DNA of 57,567 nucleotides from Anaerolineales bacterium (GTDB lineage: Bacteria; Chloroflexota; Anaerolineae; Anaerolineales; E44-bin32), in contig JBJYWH010000134.1 in assembly GCA_046259355.1 (NCBI GenBank), positions 1-57,567 of the forward strand, given 5' to 3'. Position 1 is the first letter of the stretch, and the number at the start of each line of letters is the position of its first letter. This document shows, in pieces, positions 25,695-34,248 of this stretch. The notes below the pieces were generated by a model. The model was not told the origin of the DNA and searched no databases. It saw only the letters and a program-made list of their open reading frames with translations. The position numbers were made by a program, and so were the translations under genes.

Positions 25695-27170
25695 ATGGAA
25701 TTGACCGCATCACCCGGGGTGGCAGTGCGAAACCGGCATGATTGGTGGCGGCAGATCAAGGCCGCATACGTTCCGGGCCCGCAGCGCGAAACCGTCGAAC
25801 CCTATGTCCGGCGGGTGCTCGAAGCGCTCGAACAGCTCGGACATACCGTGCTGGATGAACCGGCTCCGGGGCTCGACCTGCTGCTGACGAGTGCGGGCTT
25901 TGAGCAGGCTGTGCCGTGGCGCAAAGCGCTGATGTTCACCGCCCGCAAACGATTCGGGCTGGACCGGAACCCGACCGTCATCACAATGCTGCATACTTCG
26001 CGGGCCGAGTTTGACCGTGCGCTGAAGCGCCTGGAACGGGGTCTTGGGCATGAACTACCGAATCCGGCCGCTTTCGCTGCCGAGGGCCTTGCTCCAGAAG
26101 CCTGGCGCGTGCTGCTGGAGCAGGGCAAGCGCGGCGGTCCGATCCTGTCGCTCGTGCGCCAGGTTCAGGGTCAGGCGATGTGCATCCGGAATGTGATCTT
26201 CATCAGCGAGGGAGATCACCTGTGGGCGACGTACTTCGACCTGGTCGGTGCGCATCCGGTTGTGGAAGCGGTGGCGCCTCAGGACTTCTACACCGATGCT
26301 GCGCTGCGTCTGATCACAGCCGTCAGCACGCGGCCGGTGACCGATCACGAGGTCGTCGAACCCGAGATTGATCGCTCCACGTGGGAGCGTGCGAGCACTC
26401 CCGCAGCAATGGTGCGGGCGGCGACCGAGTTTGACCGGCGGGGTTTCTTCACCGAGATGATCCGGATCCACGACCTGGTTCACGTTCCGGCGCTGGAGCA
26501 GGCCGTCGCCAGCCAGTACAGCGAAGGCTGCTTCGCCACCTGGGACCCCGGGTTGAAGGCGCTGATCTCGACGGTCACCGGCAGCGCCCGCCCGGTCGAT
26601 AAGGGCCGGATCGGTGAAGCGGATCTGGCGGTCATTGTTGGGGTGCGGAAGAATGGGCGCGGGGCGCTTGTTCGCCATGTCGCCGGGAAAGTCAACGATC
26701 CTCCGTCCTCCGAGGCGGTCGAGCTGATGGATATGGATGCTGACCTGCCGCGCATTCACCTGGACGCAGCCTTCGGCCTCGCTGGGGAGGTGCCGGTGGC
26801 GCGCTCCAAGCTTCACGGGCACCGCGGGGTGCGGTCCTTTGATGCTGCGCGGGTTGAATTCGTGCCGCTGGATCCGGCGTACTACGATTACCCGGTTTCA
26901 TGCTCCACCGATGCACAGGCGCGCGCCATCAAGCATACCTTTGCCCGGGCTCAATCACTTCTCAACCCGGCCGATGACCGCTCGATTGCATTTACCGTGC
27001 TGCCCGGACACGGACTGGTGGCGGTGGAGAAGTGGGTCCCGGGACATAAACCGTTCGAGGTGCTGTGGAAAGCGATGGATGATCATTCGCTGGAAATTGA
27101 CTCGATCGTCCCGCAGGGTCGGCACGACTACCGCATCGAAGCCGGGCGGGGTGAACTGGTGGAATTTTAA
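25695..27170 (+). CDS. hypothetical protein, 491 aa, no recognisable motif
   Basis: ATG at 25695, 7 nt after GGAGGG. Soluble and mixed alpha/beta by composition. Consistent codon bias. Confidence 0.6.
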   Translation: MELTASPGVAVRNRHDWWRQIKAAYVPGPQRETVEPYVRRVLEALEQLGHTVLDEPAPGLDLLLTSAGFEQAVPWRKALMFTARKRFGLDRNPTVITMLHTSRAEFDRALKRLERGLGHELPNPAAFAAEGLAPEAWRVLLEQGKRGGPILSLVRQVQGQAMCIRNVIFISEGDHLWATYFDLVGAHPVVEAVAPQDFYTDAALRLITAVSTRPVTDHEVVEPEIDRSTWERASTPAAMVRAATEFDRRGFFTEMIRIHDLVHVPALEQAVASQYSEGCFATWDPGLKALISTVTGSARPVDKGRIGEADLAVIVGVRKNGRGALVRHVAGKVNDPPSSEAVELMDMDADLPRIHLDAAFGLAGEVPVARSKLHGHRGVRSFDAARVEFVPLDPAYYDYPVSCSTDAQARAIKHTFARAQSLLNPADDRSIAFTVLPGHGLVAVEKWVPGHKPFEVLWKAMDDHSLEIDSIVPQGRHDYRIEAGRGELVEF

Positions 27171-27198
27171 TTCGGAATTCGATCCCGACTGGAATCAA

Positions 27199-27230
27199 GA
27201 AAGCCCCCGAGCGCTCGGGGGCTTTTCTCC
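27199..27230. terminator. bidirectional rho-independent terminator between convergent genes
   Basis: AGCCCCCGAGC/GCTCGGGGGCT (27202..27223), flanked by AAA on the left and TTTTCTCC on the right, giving a U tract in both orientations. Confidence 0.8.
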
Positions 27231-27241
27231 TCAGGATGCGG

Positions 27242-27814
27242 CTAACGTAAGATTTCGGTCGCGGTACGCACGCCGAACCCGAACAGCCCGATGACGGCCG
27301 TGGCGATCAAGCTCAGGATGACGTAGACGATGAAGCCGATGACGACCGTGACAAGGGTCTGAACCCATTCCAGATCGAGCGCTTCCTTGGCCGCGATCAA
27401 CCAGGCCGCGAGCGAGAGCAGCGCAGCCACGACCCGCACCGGGGCCGTGATGCAGTTCAGGGCCGGGGAGAACGCGGCGAAAATTCCAAGCACCGCCACA
27501 GCCTGCCAGACGTATGCCAGGCCCAGCGTGCGGACCAATTCGTCAAAGGTCACCTCGGCCTTGAAGACTTCCCGCCCGACCAGGGCGATAATGTATGCGC
27601 CGAGGGCGAAGCCGATCACGGCGAATACGGTGCCGATCAGCGCGGCGATGATAATCCGGAACAAGCCGGTCGCATGCACCGTGCCGAGCTGGTTCAGGAA
27701 GGCGACGACCGCGATCAGGACCCAGGCGGTCGAGGTGAAGCTGGCGTCGTCCTCGACTTCCTTGTAGACATCGCTGCGGAATGTGAAAGCGCCCATGATT
27801 CGATTCATCAACAT
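27242..27814 (-). CDS. Yip1-domain membrane protein
   Basis: ATG at 27814 after AAGGAG. N-terminus MLMNRIMGAFTFRSDVYKEVEDDASFTSTAW followed by five hydrophobic helices, a Yip1/DUF1282-like layout. Confidence 0.6.
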   Translation of the reverse strand: MLMNRIMGAFTFRSDVYKEVEDDASFTSTAWVLIAVVAFLNQLGTVHATGLFRIIIAALIGTVFAVIGFALGAYIIALVGREVFKAEVTFDELVRTLGLAYVWQAVAVLGIFAAFSPALNCITAPVRVVAALLSLAAWLIAAKEALDLEWVQTLVTVVIGFIVYVILSLIATAVIGLFGFGVRTATEILR

Positions 27815-27934
27815 TGTGATATCGCTCCTTCTTCTGGTGTTTGAGCACCATGCCTGAAAGAATTGGGATCGTGCAGCGAACCAGGGGGTATAACCCCCCG
27901 TCACGGACCGGGTTGCGCAGGCTGCGGCCAGGAT

Positions 27935-28759
27935 TCAAGGGGCGAGGGCTGCTGATCCAGTGGAGCGAGACAACCATTTCTGGGCGAAGTCGACCGCGGC
28001 TGGCTGCGAGAACAGGCGGCTCTCGGCGGAACCGACCCGGCCCATTTTAACGGGATGCTGCTCTTCGAACTCCGCTCCGATCTGTGCAAAAGGCGTTTCG
28101 TCGAGATCGACGTCCCGGTAGGTGACCCAGGTTCGCGTGCCGTTCCGCATGACCGGTGCACCCTGGGCGATGTCCCGCCGGCGTCCAATGCGGTACTCCG
28201 CCAGGTGGAAGGAGGTGTTATTGCCGTAGCCGACGCCGAGCAGCAGCACGTATCCCTGCAGATCGTAAATACGTGCCAGCGGCGAACCTTCGCCGAGCGG
28301 ATCCTCGAGCTGATGGCCGCGCGTGATCTCCTGCGCCCGCGCCCCCCAGGCGCTGAAGGAGAGCGCCGGGTGATCGCTGCGCAGCACGTCTGGCCAGGTG
28401 CGGAAGTGTTCGGGAATGCGGCCCATGCCGCGCGTAGGCGTGAGGCGTGGATCGTAAGCCGGCATGGTTTCCCGCACGGGATCCACCCAATCGGTCGGGA
28501 CGGGCGGATTTTTCCAGAGGGCAGGCTCGGAAAGATCGCCGGAGTGAGCTGGCATGACCAGCGTGCCCGCGGGTGTGAGCACATCCTGCAAGGCCTGAAT
28601 CACGGCCACCGAACCGCCATTGACCCACCCGAGCGCAGAGAGCGAGCTGTGCACGAGAACAATCATGCCCGGCTCGAGTCCCAGGCGGTGCAGGTCCGCC
28701 GCAAGGCTCTGGCGGGTGCGCGGTTCCGGTGTGGCGGCGATCAGATCCGATTCGGCCAT
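27935..28759 (-). CDS. aminoglycoside N3-acetyltransferase (AAC(3)/Antibiotic_NAT) family protein
   Basis: ATG at 28759 after GGAGGGA. Motifs LHRLGLEPGMIVLVHSSLSALGWVNGG, GTLVMPAHS and NTSFHLAEYR. The 458-aa track ORF is an artefactual 5' extension. Confidence 0.8.
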   Translation of the reverse strand: MAESDLIAATPEPRTRQSLAADLHRLGLEPGMIVLVHSSLSALGWVNGGSVAVIQALQDVLTPAGTLVMPAHSGDLSEPALWKNPPVPTDWVDPVRETMPAYDPRLTPTRGMGRIPEHFRTWPDVLRSDHPALSFSAWGARAQEITRGHQLEDPLGEGSPLARIYDLQGYVLLLGVGYGNNTSFHLAEYRIGRRRDIAQGAPVMRNGTRTWVTYRDVDLDETPFAQIGAEFEEQHPVKMGRVGSAESRLFSQPAAVDFAQKWLSRSTGSAALAP

Positions 28760-28833
28760 CGTCCCTCCGACCGGGATTATACCTGTCCTCCCTTCTGCCC
28801 GGTGCCCAACCAGTGATCCCGATCCGGGGGATA

Positions 28834-29313
28834 TCAACCAGCCTCCTGCCGCCACCAACGCAGGCCGAGATCGAGCAGCAGCATGCGCAGGTCGGACTTG
28901 CTGTGCAGGCCGAATTTGCTCAGCACGCTGCGCACGTGCGACTTGACGGTTTCGGGTGAGATGACCAGCTTTTCGGCGATCTCCTGGTTGGTGCGGCCGC
29001 GTGCCGCCAACCAGGTGATCTCGCGTTCGCGCGGTGTGAGCGACGCCAGCACCGCTTCCGCATGCCGGCGCAGTGCCTCGCGCTCGAGTGCGCTTGAGAG
29101 CAGTTCCTGCGCCAGGGCCTGCGGGGACCGGTTGCGGACGCGGGCCGCACGGCGCAGAAGAAGTGCCAGCTGCCCCTCCAGCTCGACGGTCAGGCCGGGA
29201 TGGCTGGAATCGGGCGCCAGCCGGCGCAGACGCGCCAGCCATCCCACCCGGCCGGGTGATGACGTGGAAGGTCGTTCGGTGCTGGCGGAGTTCAACCGGC
29301 GAAAAAACCACAC
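28834..29313 (-). CDS. LuxR/GerE-family HTH transcriptional regulator
   Basis: C-terminal LTPREREITWLAARGRTNQEIAEKLVISPETVKSHVRSVLSKFG. The start is uncertain; I favour the GTG at 29313, 6 nt after GGGAG and downstream of the predicted TSS. Confidence 0.7.
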   Translation of the reverse strand: MWFFRRLNSASTERPSTSSPGRVGWLARLRRLAPDSSHPGLTVELEGQLALLLRRAARVRNRSPQALAQELLSSALEREALRRHAEAVLASLTPREREITWLAARGRTNQEIAEKLVISPETVKSHVRSVLSKFGLHSKSDLRMLLLDLGLRWWRQEAG

Positions 29314-29364
29314 AGGGCGCTCCCGGGCGTGCTGAGCTGGAAGAGGAGGAACACGCCCAACCCG

Positions 29365-29393
29365 ATTATATAGAACAAATGTTCGTATGTCAA
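29365..29393 (-). promoter_or_regulatory. consensus sigma-70 promoter with an embedded perfect LexA (Cheo) box
   Basis: Minus strand reads TTGACA (29393..29388), then the 17-nt spacer TACGAACATTTGTTCTA, then TATAAT (29370..29365). The spacer contains the perfect palindrome GAACAAATGTTC (29373..29384). Confidence 0.75.
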
Positions 29394-29471
29394 TCGATGG
29401 ACAGGCGTCATAGACCTGTGCTGGCTTCCCTGATAGACTCGGCCGGTAGCGATCGATCAATGGGAGGGTGA

Positions 29472-30293
29472 ATGAGAAGAATGCGTCGCATGCCATGGTT
29501 CCTGGTGCTCATCCTGGTCAGTTGCAGCGGCCAGGCGGCAGGCCCCGGAGCAACAGGTACGCCTGCTGTCCCAGCACAGTCGCCGAGCTCCCCTCCAGCG
29601 GTGACGGAGTCGCTGCCCACGGCGATCGCTGTGCCGGAGGCGATCATGGTCCTCGAGCCGGGTCCGGGCTCGCGGGTTGTCAGCCCGCTCCACCTGGCCG
29701 GAATGGCAGATTCGACGTTTGAGCAGGTCCTGAGCGTCCAACTGGTTTCGTTCGAAGGCGGGCTGCTCGAAGAGCTGGCGCCGGTGATGATTCAGTCCGA
29801 AATGGGACAGCGCGGCCCATTCTCAGCCGACCTGGAGTTCTCGATCGACCGGGAGCAGAATGCGCTGATCCAGGTGCTGGCCCACAGCCCGCGCGACGGT
29901 GGCGTGACGCACCTCTCTTCGGTCGGCGTGACGCTGCTGCCCGCCGGCGAAGCGCAGATTAAATCGCGCCAGCCCTATTCTGAGCAGATCATCATCATGC
30001 AGCCCTCACCGGGTGAGGGGGTCAGCGGAGGTATGCTGCACGTGGGAGGGGTGGGTACTCCCACCTTCGAGGGTACGCTGGTCGTCCAGCTGTTCGACGC
30101 GAAGGGGACCCTGCTTGCTACGCAGCCATTGATCGTGAATGCCCCCGACATGGGGCAGCCCGGGGATTTCTCACTCGACCTGTCCTACAGCGTGTCTGTT
30201 GCCGGGCCGGGCCGGGTGGTAGTATCGGATCCGAGCCCGGCCTTCGATGGCTTGAATCATCTTGCCAGCGTCGAGATCAAGCTGGAGCCCTGA
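29472..30293 (+). CDS. lipoprotein with two Gmad2-like Ig-fold domains
   Basis: Lipobox LILVSC. Two about 100-aa repeats (PGPGSRVVSPLHLAGMA...THLSSVGVTL and PSPGEGVSGGMLHVGGVG...NHLASVEIKL). The Gmad2 assignment is from memory. Confidence 0.5.
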   Translation: MRRMRRMPWFLVLILVSCSGQAAGPGATGTPAVPAQSPSSPPAVTESLPTAIAVPEAIMVLEPGPGSRVVSPLHLAGMADSTFEQVLSVQLVSFEGGLLEELAPVMIQSEMGQRGPFSADLEFSIDREQNALIQVLAHSPRDGGVTHLSSVGVTLLPAGEAQIKSRQPYSEQIIIMQPSPGEGVSGGMLHVGGVGTPTFEGTLVVQLFDAKGTLLATQPLIVNAPDMGQPGDFSLDLSYSVSVAGPGRVVVSDPSPAFDGLNHLASVEIKLEP

Positions 30294-30342
30294 TTCGAGC
30301 GATGAAGATCGAGGAGCGACCCGGGAAAGGCGGGTGATCTTG

Positions 30343-31344
30343 ATGGACGAACAAACAGCACCCCTTCGGCGGAAGGAGAAGGAACAGGCCGCCTCCGGCC
30401 GACCGTACAGCCGCGTGCTGGCAGCCCTGGTGCTGGTTCCGGCCGTTCCAATGCTGCTGCTTTCCGTGGGCACGCTGCTGCTCTTTTACCTGGCACCGGT
30501 CCGCTTTGGAGATCTGCTGGCGCGGCTGCCTGGCGAGTCGTTCATCCGCACGGCACTGATCTTTGCACCCGCAACCCTATTTGCGGTTGTCGTGCTGGCA
30601 CTGCTGTATGCGGTTGAAAAGCCGGCTGGTGCGCAGGATGAGCCGGCGCAGCCAGCCCGGAAGGCCGCTGTGGCAACGCGCGCAATGGTCATGCGCCCGG
30701 CAGCCCGTCTGGCGTTGGCAATTGCTGTGCCGCTGTGGCTGTTCGCCCTGGGCTTGTGGAGCCTGTCCTTCATCTCACCGGGTCGGTTCGACCGACTGCT
30801 CTCCCCGCTTCCAGGCGATTCCTATCTGCGGCCGCTGATCCCATACGCACCCTGGGTGCTGTTCCTGATCGTGATCGCGGCGGCCTCGTTCGCATTCGCC
30901 CCACAAAGAGCGGAGGACGAGGCGGGCGTCGCCAGCCGCCGGCCAGCCCGGGGGGCGGCGCAGCTGCTGCGTCCAGCGGTTTCGGCCGTGCTGATCTCCT
31001 CGCTGCCGGCGCTGCTCGGTTCGCTGGCTGCGCTGGCGCTGTACTGGCTGCGGCCGGAGAGCTTTGCCCGCATGCTGGAGCGGCTGCCGTTTGACACCCT
31101 CGTTCGAGCCGCCATGGTCTTTGTGCCGCCGACTTCATTCGTCGTCGTGGTCCTGGCCTCGATGTACTTATTGGGCACAAGCAGGTTGCGGCGTATCCCC
31201 ACATCGGAGATCACGCCATCGCGGGCGTTCGCCCCATCGCTGCGGTCGAACCTGGGCATGCTGGTTCTGACGGCTGGATTGAGCCTCTCGGCGGCGCTCG
31301 GGTTGGGTCTGCTCGGGGCGCTGATCTATCTCATCTTACGCTAG
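30343..31344 (+). CDS. membrane protein built from three internal repeats
   Basis: ATG at 30343. The unit [LxPxRFxxLLxxLPGxSxxR...AP...F..V] occurs three times (FYLAPVRFGDLLARLPGESFIR, SFISPGRFDRLLSPLPGDSYLR, YWLRPESFARMLERLPFDTLVR), each flanked by TM helices. Confidence 0.55.
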   Translation: MDEQTAPLRRKEKEQAASGRPYSRVLAALVLVPAVPMLLLSVGTLLLFYLAPVRFGDLLARLPGESFIRTALIFAPATLFAVVVLALLYAVEKPAGAQDEPAQPARKAAVATRAMVMRPAARLALAIAVPLWLFALGLWSLSFISPGRFDRLLSPLPGDSYLRPLIPYAPWVLFLIVIAAASFAFAPQRAEDEAGVASRRPARGAAQLLRPAVSAVLISSLPALLGSLAALALYWLRPESFARMLERLPFDTLVRAAMVFVPPTSFVVVVLASMYLLGTSRLRRIPTSEITPSRAFAPSLRSNLGMLVLTAGLSLSAALGLGLLGALIYLILR

Positions 31345-31353
31345 GAGATAACG

Positions 31354-31914
31354 ATGGCAGGGACGTTATCTGCGTATCCATTTGTTCTGGCTTTGCTGGC
31401 TGCGGGACTGGCCGAGTTGAGCGCCATCCTCCTGCGGCGGGTCGCGTCCACAATCGGCAGCTGGCTGTATTGGTTGGCTGGACTGCTTTCTCTGGTGGCG
31501 GCTGGCAGTCTGATCTGGTCTTACACCTGGGCGATGAGCATCAGCCCGACCTCACCCTGGGGTAATGCTCTCACCCAGGCGCTGGGTGCGATCCTGCTTC
31601 TGGCCGGCGGAGGGCTGCTGCTGTGGTCTCTGGCCACGCTCGGGGTCCAGAGCCTGCTCGCACAGGAGACGTCCCGCTTGATCTCGCATGGGCCCTACCG
31701 GTTCCTGCGCCGGCCGATGGGAGTCGCCGTCGGCCTGCTGGGGATTGGCGGCGCGCTCACCAGCGCAAGCCCGGCGATGTGGGTCTGGTTCTTCGGCTGG
31801 CTGATTCTCTCCCAGCCGCTGTTCGAGCTCGAAGAATGGGAGCTGCAGGCGCGCCTCGCCGGTGCGGACGAGTACCTGCGGCGCACGCCGCGCTACCTGC
31901 CGCGCCGCCGCTAG
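31354..31914 (+). CDS. ICMT/PEMT-like membrane methyltransferase family protein
   Basis: 186 aa and polytopic. Motif LISHGPYRFLRRPMGVAVGLLGIG matches the isoprenylcysteine carboxyl / phospholipid methyltransferase signature. SD AGGAG. Confidence 0.6.
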   Translation: MAGTLSAYPFVLALLAAGLAELSAILLRRVASTIGSWLYWLAGLLSLVAAGSLIWSYTWAMSISPTSPWGNALTQALGAILLLAGGGLLLWSLATLGVQSLLAQETSRLISHGPYRFLRRPMGVAVGLLGIGGALTSASPAMWVWFFGWLILSQPLFELEEWELQARLAGADEYLRRTPRYLPRRR

Positions 31915-33167
31915 CGAGCCGGATCCAGCCGGTACATGCCGCCGTTCAGATCCGCCAGGTAGACCTGCCCGGCTGCGTCCAGCCCAAAGGAGCTGATTTG
32001 ATAGGCGGTTCCCCATAGATCGGCCTGCAGCCAGCCGCCGTTCCCATCGGTACGCAACCCCCAAATTTGACCGGTGCAGAAATCACCATAAAGGTACACC
32101 CCGGCCCACTCCGGCAGGCGTGAGTCCCGAATGACAACCCCGCCGGTGACCGAGCATCCGCGGGAATGGTCATACTCGGCGACCGGGTCAACCATGGCGG
32201 GCGCCGCAGCGCCGGCATATGCCAGCGTCCCCTCCCGCAGGTTCCAGCCGTAGTTCTGTCCTCCCGGATCGCCGGCTGGTTGGTAATCGATCTCCTCCAT
32301 ACTGCCCTGGCCGACGTCGCCAATGTAGAGATCCCCACGGATCGTGTCGAAAGCAATTCGCCAGGGGTTGCGCAAGCCATATGCCCAGATTTCGGGTCGT
32401 CCACCGCCGTCGGCCAATGGATTGCTTTCAGGAATTGCGTAGGGAGCACCGCCGTCCACATCAATCCGGAGAATCTTACCCAGCAGCGTATCCAGACGCT
32501 GTCCATTGCCCTGGGGATCGCCGGCCGACCCGCCGTCGCCCACGCCGATGTAGAGATATCCATCCGGTCCAAACGCAAGCACCCCGCCGTTGTGGTTGGC
32601 ATAGGGCTGGTCGACGAGGAGCAGTTGTTGCTCGCTGGATGGATCCGCCCGGTTCGTATCGCCGCTGACACGATAGCGGACGATGTGGGTGGTGCCGCCG
32701 GCGCCGGTGTAATTGAGGAAGAACGAGCCGTTCGTCATGTACGCCGGGTGAAACGCCAGGCCGAGCAGCCCCTGTTCATTGCCGCGATCCTCCACCCTGG
32801 AGCGGATATCCAGGAATGGTTCCGGCTGCCGCTCACCATCCTGCACAATCCAGATCATGCCGCGCTGCTCGACGACGAACAGGCGGCTATCGCCGGCGTT
32901 GGTGATCGCGACCGGACGGTTGAATCCATCGAGGACACGGGTCCAGACCGCCGACGCCGGGTCAGGAATGATCGGCGGCGTTGTCGGAGGCAGGGCGCTC
33001 GCGGTCCCACCGCGTATCGTTTGCGGGGTATCCGCTGCCGTCGCTGGAAGGGGTTGAAATGAAGTTGCCGCCGGGATTGCATCCGGTGGCGTCTCAGCCG
33101 GCGTCGAACAGGCAGTCAGTGCAATCATGAGGATCATCAGTACATACCCAAAACGAACCATAAACAC
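31911..33167 (-). CDS. PQQ-dependent (soluble) sugar dehydrogenase family lipoprotein
   Basis: Lipobox ALTAC. Motifs GLLGLAFHPAY, ANHNGGVLAFGPDGYLYIGVGDGG and GLRNPWR. Confidence 0.85.
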   Translation of the reverse strand: MFMVRFGYVLMILMIALTACSTPAETPPDAIPAATSFQPLPATAADTPQTIRGGTASALPPTTPPIIPDPASAVWTRVLDGFNRPVAITNAGDSRLFVVEQRGMIWIVQDGERQPEPFLDIRSRVEDRGNEQGLLGLAFHPAYMTNGSFFLNYTGAGGTTHIVRYRVSGDTNRADPSSEQQLLLVDQPYANHNGGVLAFGPDGYLYIGVGDGGSAGDPQGNGQRLDTLLGKILRIDVDGGAPYAIPESNPLADGGGRPEIWAYGLRNPWRIAFDTIRGDLYIGDVGQGSMEEIDYQPAGDPGGQNYGWNLREGTLAYAGAAAPAMVDPVAEYDHSRGCSVTGGVVIRDSRLPEWAGVYLYGDFCTGQIWGLRTDGNGGWLQADLWGTAYQISSFGLDAAGQVYLADLNGGMYRLDPAR

Positions 33168-33183
33168 CTTCCCGATTGATCGT

Positions 33184-34248
33184 ATGGCTTACAATTGTAC
33201 CGTGCTGGTCCACCCTCACCGTGCTGGAGGTCGATCCGTGTTCACGACATACGCCCAGGAAACCGACTTTGCCCTGAAAGCTGTACGTTCAACAGCCGCC
33301 TTATGCCGCTCGATTCAGCAGGAGATGGTCGCCCCGGCCCTGGCCAAATCGGACCATTCACCGGTGACGGTCGCCGATTACGCCAGCCAGGCGGTTTTCG
33401 CCCGGATGCTGGATGACCATTTTCCGGATGATCCCCTGGTTGCCGAGGAGGACAGCCGAGCGCTGCGGACTCCGGAGCATGCCCGCATGCTGCAGGCGGT
33501 GACGAAATACGTGAGCCGAATCGCCCCGGATGCCAGCACGGACCAGGTCTGCACCTGGATCGATCGTGGGGGCGGTACCTCGGCCTCGCGTTTCTGGACG
33601 TGCGATCCGATTGATGGGACGAAGGGATTCCTGCGCGGCGATCAGTATGTCTCCGCGCTGGCACTGATCATTGATGGGGAGGTTGTCGTTGCGGCGCTGG
33701 GATGTCCCAATCTGAACGCGCAGATGGAGCCTGATATTGGTGGGCGTGGAAGCGCTGTGATTGCGGCTCGAGGCCAGGGTGCCTGGGCCATGCCGCTTGA
33801 AGGCGAGGGGGCTCATAAGCTGAGCGTTTCAACGACCGCCGACCCAAAGGAAGCGCGTGTGCTGCGATCGTTCGAATCCGGCCACACCGACAGCGAAAAA
33901 ATCCGCTCCCTGCTGAACGAGCTCGGCATCGAAACGCAGCCCGTGTTAATGGACAGCCAGGCGAAGTATGCGTTGCTCGCCAGCGGTTTGGGCGAGCTGC
34001 TGTTCCGGCTGCTCTCACCGAGTCGGCCGGACTACCGCGAGAAGATCTGGGACCAGGCGGCTGGATCGCTGGTCGTTGAGGAAGCCGGCGGGCGTGTCAC
34101 GGATCTGCGAGGCAGGGCGCTCGATTTCACACTTGGACGGCAGCTGGAGTCGAATTTCGGTGTCCTGGTCTCGAACGGCTGGCTGCACCAGGCCGCGCTC
34201 GACGCCATCCATGCCGTCGGCGCGGATCAGCGGCCGGAGTCCATGTGA
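33184..34248 (+). CDS. inositol monophosphatase family, 3'(2'),5'-bisphosphate nucleotidase (HAL2/CysQ-like)
   Basis: Motifs SPVTVADY, VAEEDS and WTCDPIDGTKGF. The start (ATG 33184) was chosen to clear the divergent gene; a GTG near 33238 is also possible. Confidence 0.75.
   Translation: MAYNCTVLVHPHRAGGRSVFTTYAQETDFALKAVRSTAALCRSIQQEMVAPALAKSDHSPVTVADYASQAVFARMLDDHFPDDPLVAEEDSRALRTPEHARMLQAVTKYVSRIAPDASTDQVCTWIDRGGGTSASRFWTCDPIDGTKGFLRGDQYVSALALIIDGEVVVAALGCPNLNAQMEPDIGGRGSAVIAARGQGAWAMPLEGEGAHKLSVSTTADPKEARVLRSFESGHTDSEKIRSLLNELGIETQPVLMDSQAKYALLASGLGELLFRLLSPSRPDYREKIWDQAAGSLVVEEAGGRVTDLRGRALDFTLGRQLESNFGVLVSNGWLHQAALDAIHAVGADQRPESM

Noticed and set aside
28760-29311. N-terminal 184-codon extension of the AAC(3) ORF (458-aa track ORF)
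   Set aside because: The extension is Arg/Ala/Pro/Gly-rich and overlaps the LuxR gene out of frame. The ATG at 28759 has a GGAGGGA SD and gives the normal AAC(3) length.
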